Assembly: GCF_001194135.2 (NCBI RefSeq)
Contig: NC_068985.1
Coordinates: 76,388,560-76,430,464, forward strand
Direction of reading: 5' to 3'
Source of the DNA: Octopus bimaculoides
Taxonomy: Eukaryota
DNA length: 41,905 nucleotides
Shown: positions 1 to 11,140 of the stretch, piece after piece
Position numbering within the stretch: position 1 is the stretch's first letter
Layout: each line of letters begins with the position of its first letter
Made by a program: the position numbers and the translations under genes
The notes under the pieces: generated by a model
Seen by the model: the letters and a program-made list of their open reading frames with translations, nothing else
Database searches by the model: none
What the model was told of the DNA's origin: nothing

Positions 1-529
1 GTGTGTGTGTAATGTTGCTGATGTGTGTATGTGTGTGTAATGTTGCTGATGTGTGAGAGAGAGAAAGAGGGAGAGAAAGAAAGAAAGGAAGGAAGAAAGA
101 ACGAAAGAAAGAAAGAGAGAGAGATAACTGAAATTATTTTTATTTCCTTTTTATAGTGAGTATGCAAGACAGAAAGTGTGGTGAAGTTCTTTTGTTAGTG
201 TGAGAGAGAGCGGTTATGTATGTATGTATGTATGTATGTATGTATGAATGGCTACAGTGACACACACACACACACATGCAGGTTGTTATGTATGTGTGAG
301 TGTGTCACTGAAGCCATTCACACACACACACATACATAACAACCTGCATGTGTGTGTGTCACTGTAGCCATTCATACATACATACATAACCTCTCTGTCT
401 CACACTAAAAAAAGAATTTCACCACTCTCTGTCTCACATACTCACTATAAAAAGGAAATAAAAATAATTTCAGTTATCTCTCTTTCTTTCTTTCTCTCTC
501 ACACACACATGCACACACCAGCAACATTA

Positions 530-545
<16 letters not shown>
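1..545. repeat. Large imperfect fold-back (arms about 1-298 and 327-545)
   Basis: For example 121-164 gagataactgaaattatttttatttcctttttatagtgagtatg is the exact reverse complement of 437-480. Further matches cover 212-298 / 327-391 and 1-55 / 519-542. Confidence 0.95.
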
Positions 546-563
<18 letters not shown>

Positions 564-1935
564 TGCCAACTTCAAAAGAAATCGCGCACTCTCTATCTCT
601 TTCGCTTTTACGGTTTTGTTTCCCTCTGTCCCTCCAACACTTTTTATGGAAAAGGCCGATGTGATGTAAATAAACACACGTGGGTTAAGTGACAGCTTTG
701 GCACTGGTATCGTAAGATCACCTTTTATACATTTATATTGTGTAATTCACTGACAAATTGTTACATACCAACATAAATTCATAGAACTGTAGCTAAATAT
801 TGGTTGTTTTAGAACATTTCTAAAGCATTTCATGAAACTGAGTTATGTCATCAGAAATTAGATTTCATTAGGTTATTTGAGACAAACAGCTCTGAAATTT
901 ATAATAATGTTCATTTTTTCCTATTGCAGCACCAATTGGATGAAGTTCTACAACCATGAAAGAACGAGTTTACTGAGGATTCTTTACAGGAAAAAAAAAT
1001 TAGACCAATATTCTTACACATCTTACCTGTTTATGTTTTTGTTTTTATTTCTTTTCTTTTAGTTTTTCCAAAACAAAACATCACTATTTATTTCCTACAG
1101 GATACCAAATCAAAAAACTGATGGAAACTACGATTTCCATTAACAAAAAGTGCTTCTTTGTGATTAGCTTAAAAGAGTAGCAAAACACCAGTCTTAACAT
1201 TATTGTACAATGACAGTATATGTCCTGTATCAGCACATAGTCAAAAATTCTATATACAAATGATATATTTTGCTAATTTCCCTTAATATTCTGAACAATG
1301 CCATCCCTGCACCCAAAGAAAAAAAAAAGCCTTGATCAATTTTGAGCTAAATCAAAACAAAATTGTGAAGCATTAATCAAAATGTTTTTATTTACTACTG
1401 CATTAAACACTGTTATCCAGTTGTTTTTATTTTAATAACATTCTCCTGTGTATATGACAGCAGAACTTATGAGAATGCAGAATGTTGAATGATTCCAATC
1501 CCTGAAAATTAAAACAACATTGACATAAAGAAGAAAATTCATAAGTATGAGACAATATTTTCAGTGAGAAAACTCTAAGTAAAAATAATGCCTTATGATG
1601 ATGGGTTTAATATTGTAATTCTCCACATGCTAATTCTTGCCACGTATTAGGAGAACATACAACTGCTTCATTTTGTTCATTCAAATTTCATCCACTTCAG
1701 CCACCGATCATGTCACCCAGTGTTTGTCCTCTTCCTTTCCTTTATTTTCATTTGGAAGTTTCCCACAATTATTTGTGTGTAATTTTTCACTCTTGTATAA
1801 TGCACACATCCATCATTGTAAGCAATGAAACCCCCAAAACAAATATCAGTCACATACAATATATACAAACTTTTTTTTAGTGTCTATGATTTGTAAAAAA
1901 GAAATGGTCACTCAGATTTGCAATTGTCATATAAA

Positions 1936-2185
1936 TCATCATCATTATAATCATCATATTTTTATGTCCATTTTCCATGCTGGCATGGATTAGATGGATT
2001 GTCATGTTCCAAGTTTGTTCTTCTTCAGAGTGTTACTGTGCTCCTAGACAGATAGGTGGACCATGCTCCATTTGAACATTTTAAAGTTTGGTTTGGTTTC
2101 TATGACTGGATACCTTTTCTAACACCAACCACTTTACAGAATGTACTGGATGTATATTTTCATGGCACCAGCTCTAGAAAGACTA
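1936..2185 (-). mobile_element. Family C, old copy
   Basis: (CAT)n...tgtccattttccatgctggcatgg...gtttctatgactggataccttttctaacaccaaccact. Confidence 0.75.
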
Positions 2186-2329
2186 GGTATCTTTTCAAAC
2201 TTGAGCTGTCTTCATTAGCACTTGTGAGGTTGCCTTGTGCCCTACATGTCAATGGTATCCTCACTGCTCTACATATCGAGCAATACAACTAATATAGTAG
2301 GTAGAATAAAAGGCAATTGCCAATGATGA

Positions 2330-3130
2330 ACTAGAATGAAAAGGAGAATGACATGAGAGTATGAAGGAGGAGACCAGATAATTGGGGTCACAGTGCAGTA
2401 AAAGAAGTGCTAGAAGTAATAGAAAGAACAGTAATGGATAGTCATAAAAAATGTTGTGATGGATGTTAAAATGTGTGAACCTGGAAGAGCGGTGTGATAA
2501 TTAACAGCATAAAAGGATAACAGGAGAGTAATGTTAGTTGGTAAGAAGGGATGTGAATGATGAGTAGTCAAGAAGGTGATGGTAAGAGAATGATGAATAC
2601 CTGAGAGAAAGGGAATGAAAGTTGAAAGGGTGAATATCAAATTCAACACAACTTTCAATTAATTTGGCATAGTAATGGAGGAGAGCCACATATTTACTGC
2701 TAAGGGAGTGCAGGCATATTAGATACCCATAGATCTGATGTAAACTGTCTTTATTCAGGCATCATGATGAGAGAGACATTTAGTGCTGGTAAAAGAGAGA
2801 ACAAGTGGTCATTAATGAGTTTGACATGAATGAAAATAGCAGAGATAGGTAGTGTTAGCTGTTGGTAAGAGAGTGACTGATGTAAATTAAGAAGTGAGCT
2901 GAGAAAGAGAAAGTGTTGGCTTGCAAGTATATGTGCATAAGATACAAACAGATACAACACAATCCCTCATAACTTGATAGAAGGAAGAAAGGAAAAATAT
3001 AGATAGTGGTAGAGAAGGTAATTGAGTAAGGGCATTTCTAATGTTTCTTTCATCCCATAGGTGGCATGGTACAGTGAATGTGGAATGGCTGAAAGAGCAC
3101 GTTCTAAATTGGTAACAAAGTGAGAATGAT
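2330..3130 (-). mobile_element. Highly decayed CR1/L2-type LINE ORF2 3' fragment
   Basis: About 800 bp of strong purine/pyrimidine strand bias. Peptide remnants such as VKLINDHLFSLLPALNVSL resemble CR1-group AIRLIN...RNVASL. Similarity is weak. Confidence 0.4.
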
Positions 3131-3164
3131 AACAGATGGAGGTTCAGCAGATACAAAAGGAGAA

Positions 3165-3685
3165 AAAGCCTAAATATGAATCAAGTAAAATCGAAATCGT
3201 AGCTGTGGCCAGTGCTGCCTGACTGGCTTCCATACTGGTGGCACATAAAATGCACCATCCAAATGTGGTTGATGCCAGTGCCCTTGTGCCGTGCCTAAAT
3301 ATGAAACAAGTAAAATCGAAATTGCAGCTGTGGCCTGACTGACTGGCTCCCATGCTGGTGGCATGTAAAATGCATGATCCAAATATGGTCAAAGCCAGTG
3401 TCCTCTGACCGGCTCTCGTGCTGGTGGCACGTAAAAAGCATCATCTAAATGTGACTGATTCCAGTGCCGCCTGACTGGCTCCCATACTGGTGGCACATAA
3501 AGAGCACCCACTACACTCTCAGAGTGGTTGGTGTTACAAAGAGCATCCAGCTGTAGAAACATTGCCAGATCAGATTGGAGCCCAGTGCAGCCTACTGGCT
3601 TGCCAGACCTCAGTCAAATTGTCCAAACTATATCAGCATGGAAAGCAGATGTTAAATGATGAGGATGATGATGATGATGATGATA
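3165..3685 (+). mobile_element. RTE-tailed SINE-like family C with an internal tandem array
   Basis: About four 65-bp units, then gagtggttggtgttac..agagcatccagctgtagaaac...gcatggaaagcagatgttaaa(GAT)n. Confidence 0.8.
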
Positions 3686-3935
3686 TGTATATATATACAT
3701 ATATATATATTTATTACAATTAAAAGGGTAAAGAATTATCAATTTATTAATTTATTAATAAATTAATAATTAATAATTTTTACCAAGCCCTTCGGTATAA
3801 TAGCACCATTATCGGTGAAGAACTTATTTAAAAGTTCTTATACATTTATAAACATAATTAAGGGGTCAGATAGCCTGTTGGAGTTTCAGCACTTTAGCTG
3901 CTATTTCTGAACTTCTTTATGTTTATACATATATA

Positions 3936-4084
3936 TCATCATCATCATCATCGTTTAACGTCCGCTTTCCATGCTAGCATGGGTTGGACGATTTGACTGA
4001 GGACTGGTGAAACCGGATGGCAACACCAGGCTCCAGTCTGATTTGGCAGAGTTTCTACAGCTGGATGCCCTTCCTAACGCCAAC
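3936..4084 (-). mobile_element. Family C, young 5'-truncated copy
   Basis: (CAT)n-cgtttaacgtccgctttccatgctagcatgggttggacg...gcccttcctaacgccaac. About 4 differences over about 135 bp from the copy at 28444. Confidence 0.9.
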
Positions 4085-4095
4085 TGTAGAAACTA

Positions 4096-4167
<72 letters not shown>

Positions 4168-4174
4168 TAGTTTT

Positions 4175-4900
4175 CATCACTGCCCCCATTTTAATATAGA
4201 TTTTGCCATGCTTGCATGGTTGGTCAACTCTTCTCCAACACTGAACTTGGTCCTGTGTCATATCTTTTGTGACATGCAACAACTTGAAATCAGTTTTCAC
4301 CACTTCCTCCAAAGTCTTCTTGTATCTCTGTCTATTTTGTGTCACTCAGCTGTCACCATCCATATGCATCACATGTCCATACCGCTACTGTCTCTTTCTC
4401 ACATACTACATCTGATACTCTTCATATTCAATCATTATCATAGCTCATTTATATTCCCATCATGCACGCATACAAATGCAACACATCTAGTGAGTATATT
4501 CACTTCACTCCTTTCTTTCACGCCATGCAACATTACAGTTTATGCATGAACACCATACAACTTGCTTTCCATTCTAAAAACTACCTTTGTTGGCAGTAGA
4601 GATATAGCTCCTTGTACTTTTTCTGATCTGTTCCTGCTCTGGGTATTATGCTTTCAAAACACCCACTGCTGTTAATTGGGTCATTTAGGTTATAGAAGAT
4701 ATCAACTACTCCTAGAGAGCCACCCAGGCATTTGAGAGAGGCTATTTTATGTGTACTCTTAGTGCTTATTACCTCATTGCACCTACCACATGTGAAGTCT
4801 AATTTCTCTGTTAATCTGCTTGTGATCCCACCACACCATTTGTTTATGCATTGTTTACACTAACAAGACTGTATGGAATTTCTGTCTAAGCATGGTTTGA
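4175..4900 (-). mobile_element. Decayed RTE-clade LINE, 3' end of ORF2 plus 3' tail
   Basis: Minus-strand translation fragments NSIQSC..CKQC..KWCGGITSRLTEKLDFTCGRC and RYKKTLEEVVKTDFKLLHVTKDMTQDQVQCW (cf. RTE GRPRKTW.EVV..DL). It ends in ccaaccatgcaagcatggcaaaa followed by a decayed GAT tail. Confidence 0.8.
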
Positions 4901-5149
4901 TATACAGAAAAAATTCGCACAACTTTAAACACGACAAAAAGTAAATTTGAAAGTGACCTTTTGAACTTTAATGATGTTGACTGGAATAGCATATATGCTT
5001 TGAAGTCAACCTTGTGGAAATCAAATAATCGTTTTTTCCCCTTTTTTTTTCATGAAAAAAAGCATTTATTGCACATTAAAAAATATGGTAACTTAGTTAT
5101 GCATGTTCTGTTACTCTGTTACTATAGAAGATATAATTAATTATTTCTA

Positions 5150-5399
5150 TTGGGTTGGTGCATAATTATTGTGGCTTTTTTCAACAAATTTTATTCAACA
5201 AAAACAATGAAAACATGTAACAAAAACATCTTTAAATGATTATTCTGGAGCATATTCACCATCTACTTCAATTACTGCTTCCCATTTGCTTGGCAGACAG
5301 TCAGACCATCATTTAAAGATGTTTTTGTTAAATATTGTTATTGTTTTTGTTGAATAAAATTTGTTGAAAAAAAGCTGCAATAATTATGCATCAACCCAA
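5150..5399. mobile_element. 250-bp mariner-derived MITE with about 90-bp inverted arms
   Basis: TA-flanked TIRs ttgggttggtgcataattattg / caataattatgcatcaacccaa, resembling the Hsmar1/Made1 TTAGGTTGGTGCA start. The core encodes SDCLPSKWEAVIEVDGEYAPE* on the minus strand (5240-5305), a mariner transposase C-terminus. Confidence 0.9.
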
Positions 5400-6168
5400 T
5401 AATTATCACATTTCTTTTATTCAGCTAATGGAAAGTATTTTATATAATTGTTGTTGTTGTTGTTTATCTCAAGGTAAATTCTAATTGAACAAAATTATGA
5501 TCAAAAGCATTCAAGCTGTGAACATAGAGCATCATATTGTTATATTTCAAAGACTATATTATCCAATATGTTTTTCATTTTGTTTTTAAACAATGTATTA
5601 TGTAATTTGAAGGACGCTCACAATAATTTATTTGTGAATCATAGAAATAAAGTTACCTGTAAATATCTATACAGGGAAGTTTTTTTTTTTTTTTTCTGAA
5701 ATATCACCCTCCTGCATATTATTAGAATTTCTTTCATAGACAATTCTTTAGTCACTGTTATTTCTAGCCGAGGTGGTAATTGCCTAGATAGATTTTAATT
5801 TGCTCATTGGTACTAGATTGCTACTGTTTGTGTTCTTGTATAGCCTCAGGTTAGCAACCCTTAATAAACAGATCTATGCTCAAATGCATTCCGATTACAA
5901 TCAGCCCATCTTTTATTCTTTTATCCAGAACCAGATTATTCAATGTCCTCCTCCTCCTCTATAGTGACAAACCATAACCTAAAGGATACTTGACCACTAT
6001 TTTTCATCATGTTCAGCAATGCAAGCAATCATGAAGAGGCTTGCTCCCTTACTGACTCGTGTTTCTTGCAGTTTTTCAGCCCCAAATCAACCCTGACTGA
6101 GCAGACACAGAAGTGCTTGATCTGAAGTGCTCCATCCATAACTTCCCTGCCTTTTTAGACTTACATAT

Positions 6169-6425
6169 GGGGAGGCACATAGCTTAGTGATTAAGGTGTT
6201 TGAATCATGGTCATGATATTAGGGTTTCGATTCCTGGACTAGGCAACAAGTTGTATTCTTGAGCAAAAACTTCATTCCACATTGCTCCAGTCCTCTCAGC
6301 TGACATAAGTAAGTAATCCAATGACAGACTAGGGTCCCATACAGGTGGGGAATATATGCACCACAGAAACCAGGAAACCAGCCCTAACAGTCTATATGAC
6401 TTGGGAAGGCCCTTTATCCTTTATC
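6169..6425 (+). mobile_element. tRNA-derived SINE family D
   Basis: A-box TAGCTTAGTGATTA, B-box GGTTTCGATTCC, then tcttgagcaaaaact and a gacagactagggtcccatacagg...cagaaaccaggaaacc body. Confidence 0.75.
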
Positions 6426-7239
6426 CTACACTGGTAGTATGTGAATTAGGATAACTTTTCTATTTCTAATAGGCTGAGAAACTATGTAGAAAATCCCTCC
6501 TTGGCTTGGGGTTATTTCCATAACCAAGTCACTTATTTCTTAAATTACCCAGAACAGCTTCTCATCTAAAAATATGTTCTACAAGTGACAAGTTGTTGCT
6601 GTTGTTATTGCTGTCGCTCTGTGTATAATTCCCTTATTTAAGGCAATAGAGTGTAATATCATGAAGAATTGACTGATATTTCTAGCATTTTAGCTGCTTG
6701 TGTTAAAAATTGGCATATCTCTATTTAATTTATAATGAAGATATGAACAAAATTTTTGATCAAGATTACTGCATTTGCCAGTGATGCACCCCTATTTTAC
6801 AGAGATGCTTTAAGAAAAATAAAACAAATTTAGTTTGTTTCATCATACACTTATTTTATTGAAAGATATTTTGGCATGGTTTTGTGGGAGAAAATGTATA
6901 ATTTTGTGCATGTTAATACTATATTATGGCAGTATATTGGAATAAAGTATAAAACCATAAATTCATTATAAATAAACTACATTATGGAAGTACTATATCT
7001 CAGCTTAATCTTCTTTCAGGTTAACTCTATTGTTGTTCATAATTTAAACAAGGAAACTGCCATACAGGATGTAAAGCTCATATTCCTGATTGTGATGTTC
7101 TGTATTATGATCACCCACCAGAGTAGCACACCACCACTATGATCTTGGTGTCATCAACTCATAGCAAATAGTTAACAGGTAGTTGAAAATTTAACATGCT
7201 TTTCATTTTTCTGAGAGAATATTTTCATTTAGATTTAAC

Positions 7240-7379
7240 AGGTGTGGCTGTATGGTAAGAAACTTGCTTCCTAATCACATGGTTCCAAGTTCAGTCCCAC
7301 TGTGTGGCACCTTGGGCAAGTGTCTTGTATTATAACCTCAGGCTGACCAAAGCCTTGTGAGTGGATTTGGTAGATGGAA
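7240..7379 (+). mobile_element. SINE family A 5' half, cut by an N gap
   Basis: Head and core match 9851-9990. Confidence 0.85.
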
Positions 7380-7640
7380 NNNNNNNNNNNNNNNNNNNNN
7401 NNNNNNNNNNNNNNNNNNNNNNNNNNNNNNNNNNNNNNNNNNNNNNNNNNNNNNNNNNNNNNNNNNNNNNNNNNNNNNNNNNNNNNNNNNNNNNNNNNNN
7501 NNNNNNNNNNNNNNNNNNNNNNNNNNNNNNNNNNNNNNNNNNNNNNNNNNNNNNNNNNNNNNNNNNNNNNNNNNNNNNNNNNNNNNNNNNNNNNNNNNNN
7601 NNNNNNNNNNNNNNNNNNNNNNNNNNNNNNNNNNNNNNNN
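7380..7640. other. Assembly gap (N run); other gaps at 12853-12942, 27393-27675 and 28814-28823
   Basis: N runs. Three of the four abut or lie inside repeats. Confidence 1.
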
Positions 7641-8015
7641 GATAACACAGTCATTAAACAATGTTTGGCATAAATCAGGTATGAGTTATGTATACTGGGG
7701 AAGAAGGTGTAGCACTATGATGTGACCTCCCTATATAACTGCTGATGTTACATGTTACATAAATAGAAAAGCAATATTTTTGTCAGCTTGTGCTAAGAGA
7801 CTGACAGCTTGGCTTGTTTTCAATATTTTGTTATAAGAAATAATTTTTGTACATAATGAGTTAGGCTCACTAGGCTTCCTAGCCTATGATGCTTGGTCTC
7901 CCATCACAATAAAACAATATAGACACAGTGGAATAATATTTTGATGCATTTAAAACTATAAAGAGCATGTCATCATGCACCAATGAATAAGGTATGCAGA
8001 AAACAGTTAAGAAAA

Positions 8016-8247
8016 GGCGGCGAGCCGACAGAAACGTTAGCATGCCGGGCGAAATGTTTAGCGGTATTTCGTCTGCCATTATGTTCTGAGTTCAAATTCA
8101 GCCGAGGTCAACTTTGCCTTTCATCCTTTCGGGGTTGATAAATTAAGTACCAGTTACGCACTGGAGTTAATGTAATCAACTTAATCCCTTTGTCTGTCCT
8201 TGCTTGTCCCCTCTATGTTTAGCCCCTTGTGGGCAATAAAGAAATAA
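8016..8247 (+). mobile_element. tRNA-derived SINE family B, copy 1 of a tandem pair
   Basis: Head GGCGGCGAGCCGACAGAA, B-box GAGTTCAAATTC, core TTGCCTTTCATCCTTTCGGGGTTGATAAATTAAGTACCAG (resembles the Nin/Deu-type SINE core; identity not verified). Confidence 0.9.
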
Positions 8248-8264
8248 GAAAACTGTTAAGAAAA

Positions 8265-8496
8265 GGCAGTGAGCTGGCAGAAACGTTAGCACACCAGCCG
8301 AAATGCTTAGTGGTATTTCGTCAGCCATTACGGTCTGAGTTCAAATTCCTCTGAGGTCAGCTTTGCCTTTCATCCTTTCGGGGTCAATAAATTAAGTACC
8401 AGTTATGCACTGGGGTCGATGTAATCGACTTAATCCGTTTGTCTGTCCTTGTTTGTCCCCTCTGTGTTTAGCCCCTTGTGGGTAGTAAAGAAATAA
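8265..8496 (+). mobile_element. SINE family B, copy 2 of the tandem pair
   Basis: Same structure at a 249-bp period. Confidence 0.9.
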
Positions 8497-9326
8497 GAAA
8501 ACTGTTAAGAAAAGATATTTGCAAGATTGTTTACTTAATGATTTTATTTATTTTTGTACCCTTGTACTCTCTTTAAAAAGGTAGTAGATTGATTGAGTCA
8601 CAAAAGAGATGGATTCAATATTTTGTAGTTTCTATTCCAGTTCTCTGAGTTCAAATCCCACCAAAGTCAATATTACCTTTCATCTTTTTGAGGTTGGTAA
8701 ATAAAATACCAACCAATCCAGTACAAGGTTGATTCTTCTCTTTCTTTTTGTCTCAGCCTTTTCTATTTATGTATCATTGACTGAATTTGAGAATTGCATT
8801 AATGCCTGAGGAATTCAGTTGCTCAAACAACTGAGTGCTCATTATTGACACTGACATAGAATCCACCATTAATCTTTGAAATAAACAAAGAAAAGAAGAC
8901 TCTGTTAGTTGCAGATAACATTACAAGAAGGGGTCACTAACTCACACCTTTCTTTTCAGGTATTCTTTTCAGACTACATTAACCAATGTGTCTTTTTCTT
9001 TTATAAGACAGCTAGAAAGAGGTGTAGGAACTGGATGAACCGTATACCCTCCTCTTTCAAGAAATTTAGCTCATATAGGTTCATCAGTGACACTTTTAAT
9101 ATGTACTATTTCCACCACATGGTGGATATTGATTAAATTCATTATGCTTGAATAGAGCATTATGTTGTATGTTTATTTTAATAAAAAGATATTTTAAATA
9201 ATTAAAAATTTTCTTCATTTTTAATTATGAACATTTCAAAAACTCTTTTTACCATTAGATTTCACTGTTACAAATTAGTTGTTAAAAATATAATTTAAGC
9301 TACAGACCTGACTGAAACCTTTTTAA

Positions 9327-9681
9327 CCCCTTTCTTATCTTGGTTACCATATTTCTCTTGAAAGACATTGCCTTTATTTCAATTCATTTTAAAATTTCTT
9401 TCCCCCTTTTCTTCCTTTTTCCCCCTTTTCTTCTTGTTTCCTTTCTTTTTTTTTTTTGCTACTGTTTGTATTTTCTTCAGTTTGAGATTTGTATTTTAAT
9501 GTGGTTTTGTATTATCTATATATCATATAAAAAAAATTTTAATTAATGAAGAATTTAGTAAAATAATTTTCTCATTGTAATCACATAATTTTGATGGCAG
9601 GTTTTAATTTGGATAATTTTAAAACATAAATTTTGTGTCATAAAAACAGGGATGATCTCAGGTGGGTTGGTTTCTAAAGGG
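9327..9681. mobile_element. piggyBac-like MITE family P2 (with an internal low-complexity insertion)
   Basis: TTAA flanks (9323-26, 9682-85) and CCCCTTTC...CTAAAGGG ends. The interior (ttaccatatttct.ttgaaa, gaattta.taaaat, gggttggt) matches the copy at 33041. Confidence 0.75.
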
Positions 9682-9850
9682 TTAAATAGTGCTCTTAAAC
9701 GAGACTCGTTATTCTCAGCTTGTGCTAAATACCATTAAAGAGAAAATATTAACATTTTATAAAATATGTTATGTTCTTAAATGCCTTGATATGCTTATAA
9801 ATGGATGAGAAAGAACAAAGTTTAAAAACCATAACCTGTTTCAAATTCAT

Positions 9851-10202
9851 AGGAGTGGCTGTGTGGTAAGTAGCTTGCTTACCAACCACATGGTTCCGGG
9901 TTCATTCCCACTGCGTGGCACCTTGGGCAAGTGTCTTCTGCTATAGCCTCGGGCCGACCAAAGCCTTGTGAGTGGATTTGGTAGACAGAAACTGAAAGAA
10001 GCCCGTCGTATATATGTATATATATATATGTTTGTGTGTCTGTGTTTGTCCCCCCACCATCGCTTGAAAACCGATGCTGGTGTGTTTACGTCCCTGTAAC
10101 TTAGCGGTTCAGCAAAAAGAAGCCAATAGAATAAGTACTAGGCTTACAAAGAATAAGTCCTGGGGTCGATTTGATTCGACTAAAGGCGGTGCTCCAGCAT
10201 GG
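9851..10202 (+). mobile_element. tRNA-derived SINE family A (near full length)
   Basis: A-box-like TGGCTGTGTGG, B-box-like GGTTCATTCC, core GCCTTGTGAGTGGATTTGGTAGACAGAAACTGAAAGAAGCC, internal TA/TG microsatellite, tail ending GGCGGTGCTCCAGCATG. Confidence 0.9.
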
Positions 10203-10473
10203 GTGCAGACATCTTGGTGACAATATAAAGAGATAACAGGTCATTGGACATCGTATGAGAAGAAAAAAGTTATGCACACTCAATGAGCAACACAAGAAAC
10301 TGAAGGGGAGAGGACACTGAGGAAGCCTTACCAGGGGGTTTGAGAAAGATGGTTTAATAACATGCTAAGATGTATAAGAATAAGAGGATTTCGAGGTCCA
10401 TGATTGCTGATGTCTGTAGGAATGGTACATGAGGAAGATGAAGGATTAATAATATGTAAACATCTTTTCGTCT

Positions 10474-10728
10474 AGTAGTTGTATGCTGTCAACTTAATGT
10501 GACAGTCTCCTGAAGGGAATAATACTACTGTTGGTTAGACCTAGGAAGCTGCACCACTTCTTGTCGGCCATGACACATTTCCTGTGTCCTTATGTTTACA
10601 AGGGAAACATAAGGACACAGGAAATGTGTCAAGGCCGATAGGAAGTGGTGCAGCTTCCGAGGTCTAACCAACAGTAGTATTATTCCCTTCAGGGGACTGT
10701 CACATTAAGTTGACAGCATACAGCTACT
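10474..10728. repeat. Long hairpin: 124-bp arms, 7-nt loop
   Basis: agtagttgtatgctgtcaacttaatgtgacagtc...ccttatgttt-acaaggg-aaacataagg...gactgtcacattaagttgacagcatacagctact, with few mismatches. Confidence 0.95.
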
Positions 10729-10786
10729 TCATCGTATCACTACTGCATAAATCTCCCTGAGAGATTTAGAAATGTATTATTTCTAA

Positions 10787-10950
10787 ATCTTTTCGTCTGT
10801 CTTTACGTTTTGAGTTCAAATTCCGCTGAGGTCAACTTTGCCTTTCATCCTTTCGGGGTCGACAAATTAAGTACCAGTTGCATACTGGGTCAATCTAATT
10901 GACTGAACCCCTCCCCCAAAATTTTGGGCCTTGTGCTTAGAGTAGAAAAG
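10787..10950 (+). mobile_element. 5'-truncated SINE family B
   Basis: ttcgtctgtctttacgttttgagttcaaattccgctgaggtcaactttgcctttcatcc...ggccttgtgcttagagtagaaaag. Confidence 0.85.
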
Positions 10951-10959
10951 AATATGTAA

Positions 10960-11140
10960 ATATCTTTTATCTTTTAATTGTTTCAGTCATTAAGACTGTG
11001 GCCATGCTGGGGTACTGCCTTGAAGAATTTTTAATCAGATGAATTGATCCCAGTACTTACTTTTTTTTAAGCCTGGTACTTATTCTATTGGTCTCTATTG
11101 CTGAACTACTAAGTTACGGGGGACATAAATACATCAACAC
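10960..11140 (-). mobile_element. SINE family A 3' half
   Basis: Reverse complement of the family A tail (tttcagtcattaagactgtggccatgctgggg...). Confidence 0.8.

Noticed and set aside
1021-1140. Strong minus-strand donor CAG|gtaaga and nearby plus-strand acceptors
   Set aside because: All adjacent frames close quickly, and no coherent exon chain can be built.
3165-3500. Tandem 62-65 bp units considered as a CRISPR-like repeat-spacer array (also 28600-28904)
   Set aside because: Whole units repeat with no unique spacers, and the context is a eukaryotic SINE.
6169-6245. tRNA-like heads considered as tRNA genes
   Set aside because: No complete cloverleaf is present, and each head runs directly into a SINE body.
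7271-7725. ORFs running through X stretches (also at 27245-27735)
   Set aside because: Artefacts of N gaps.
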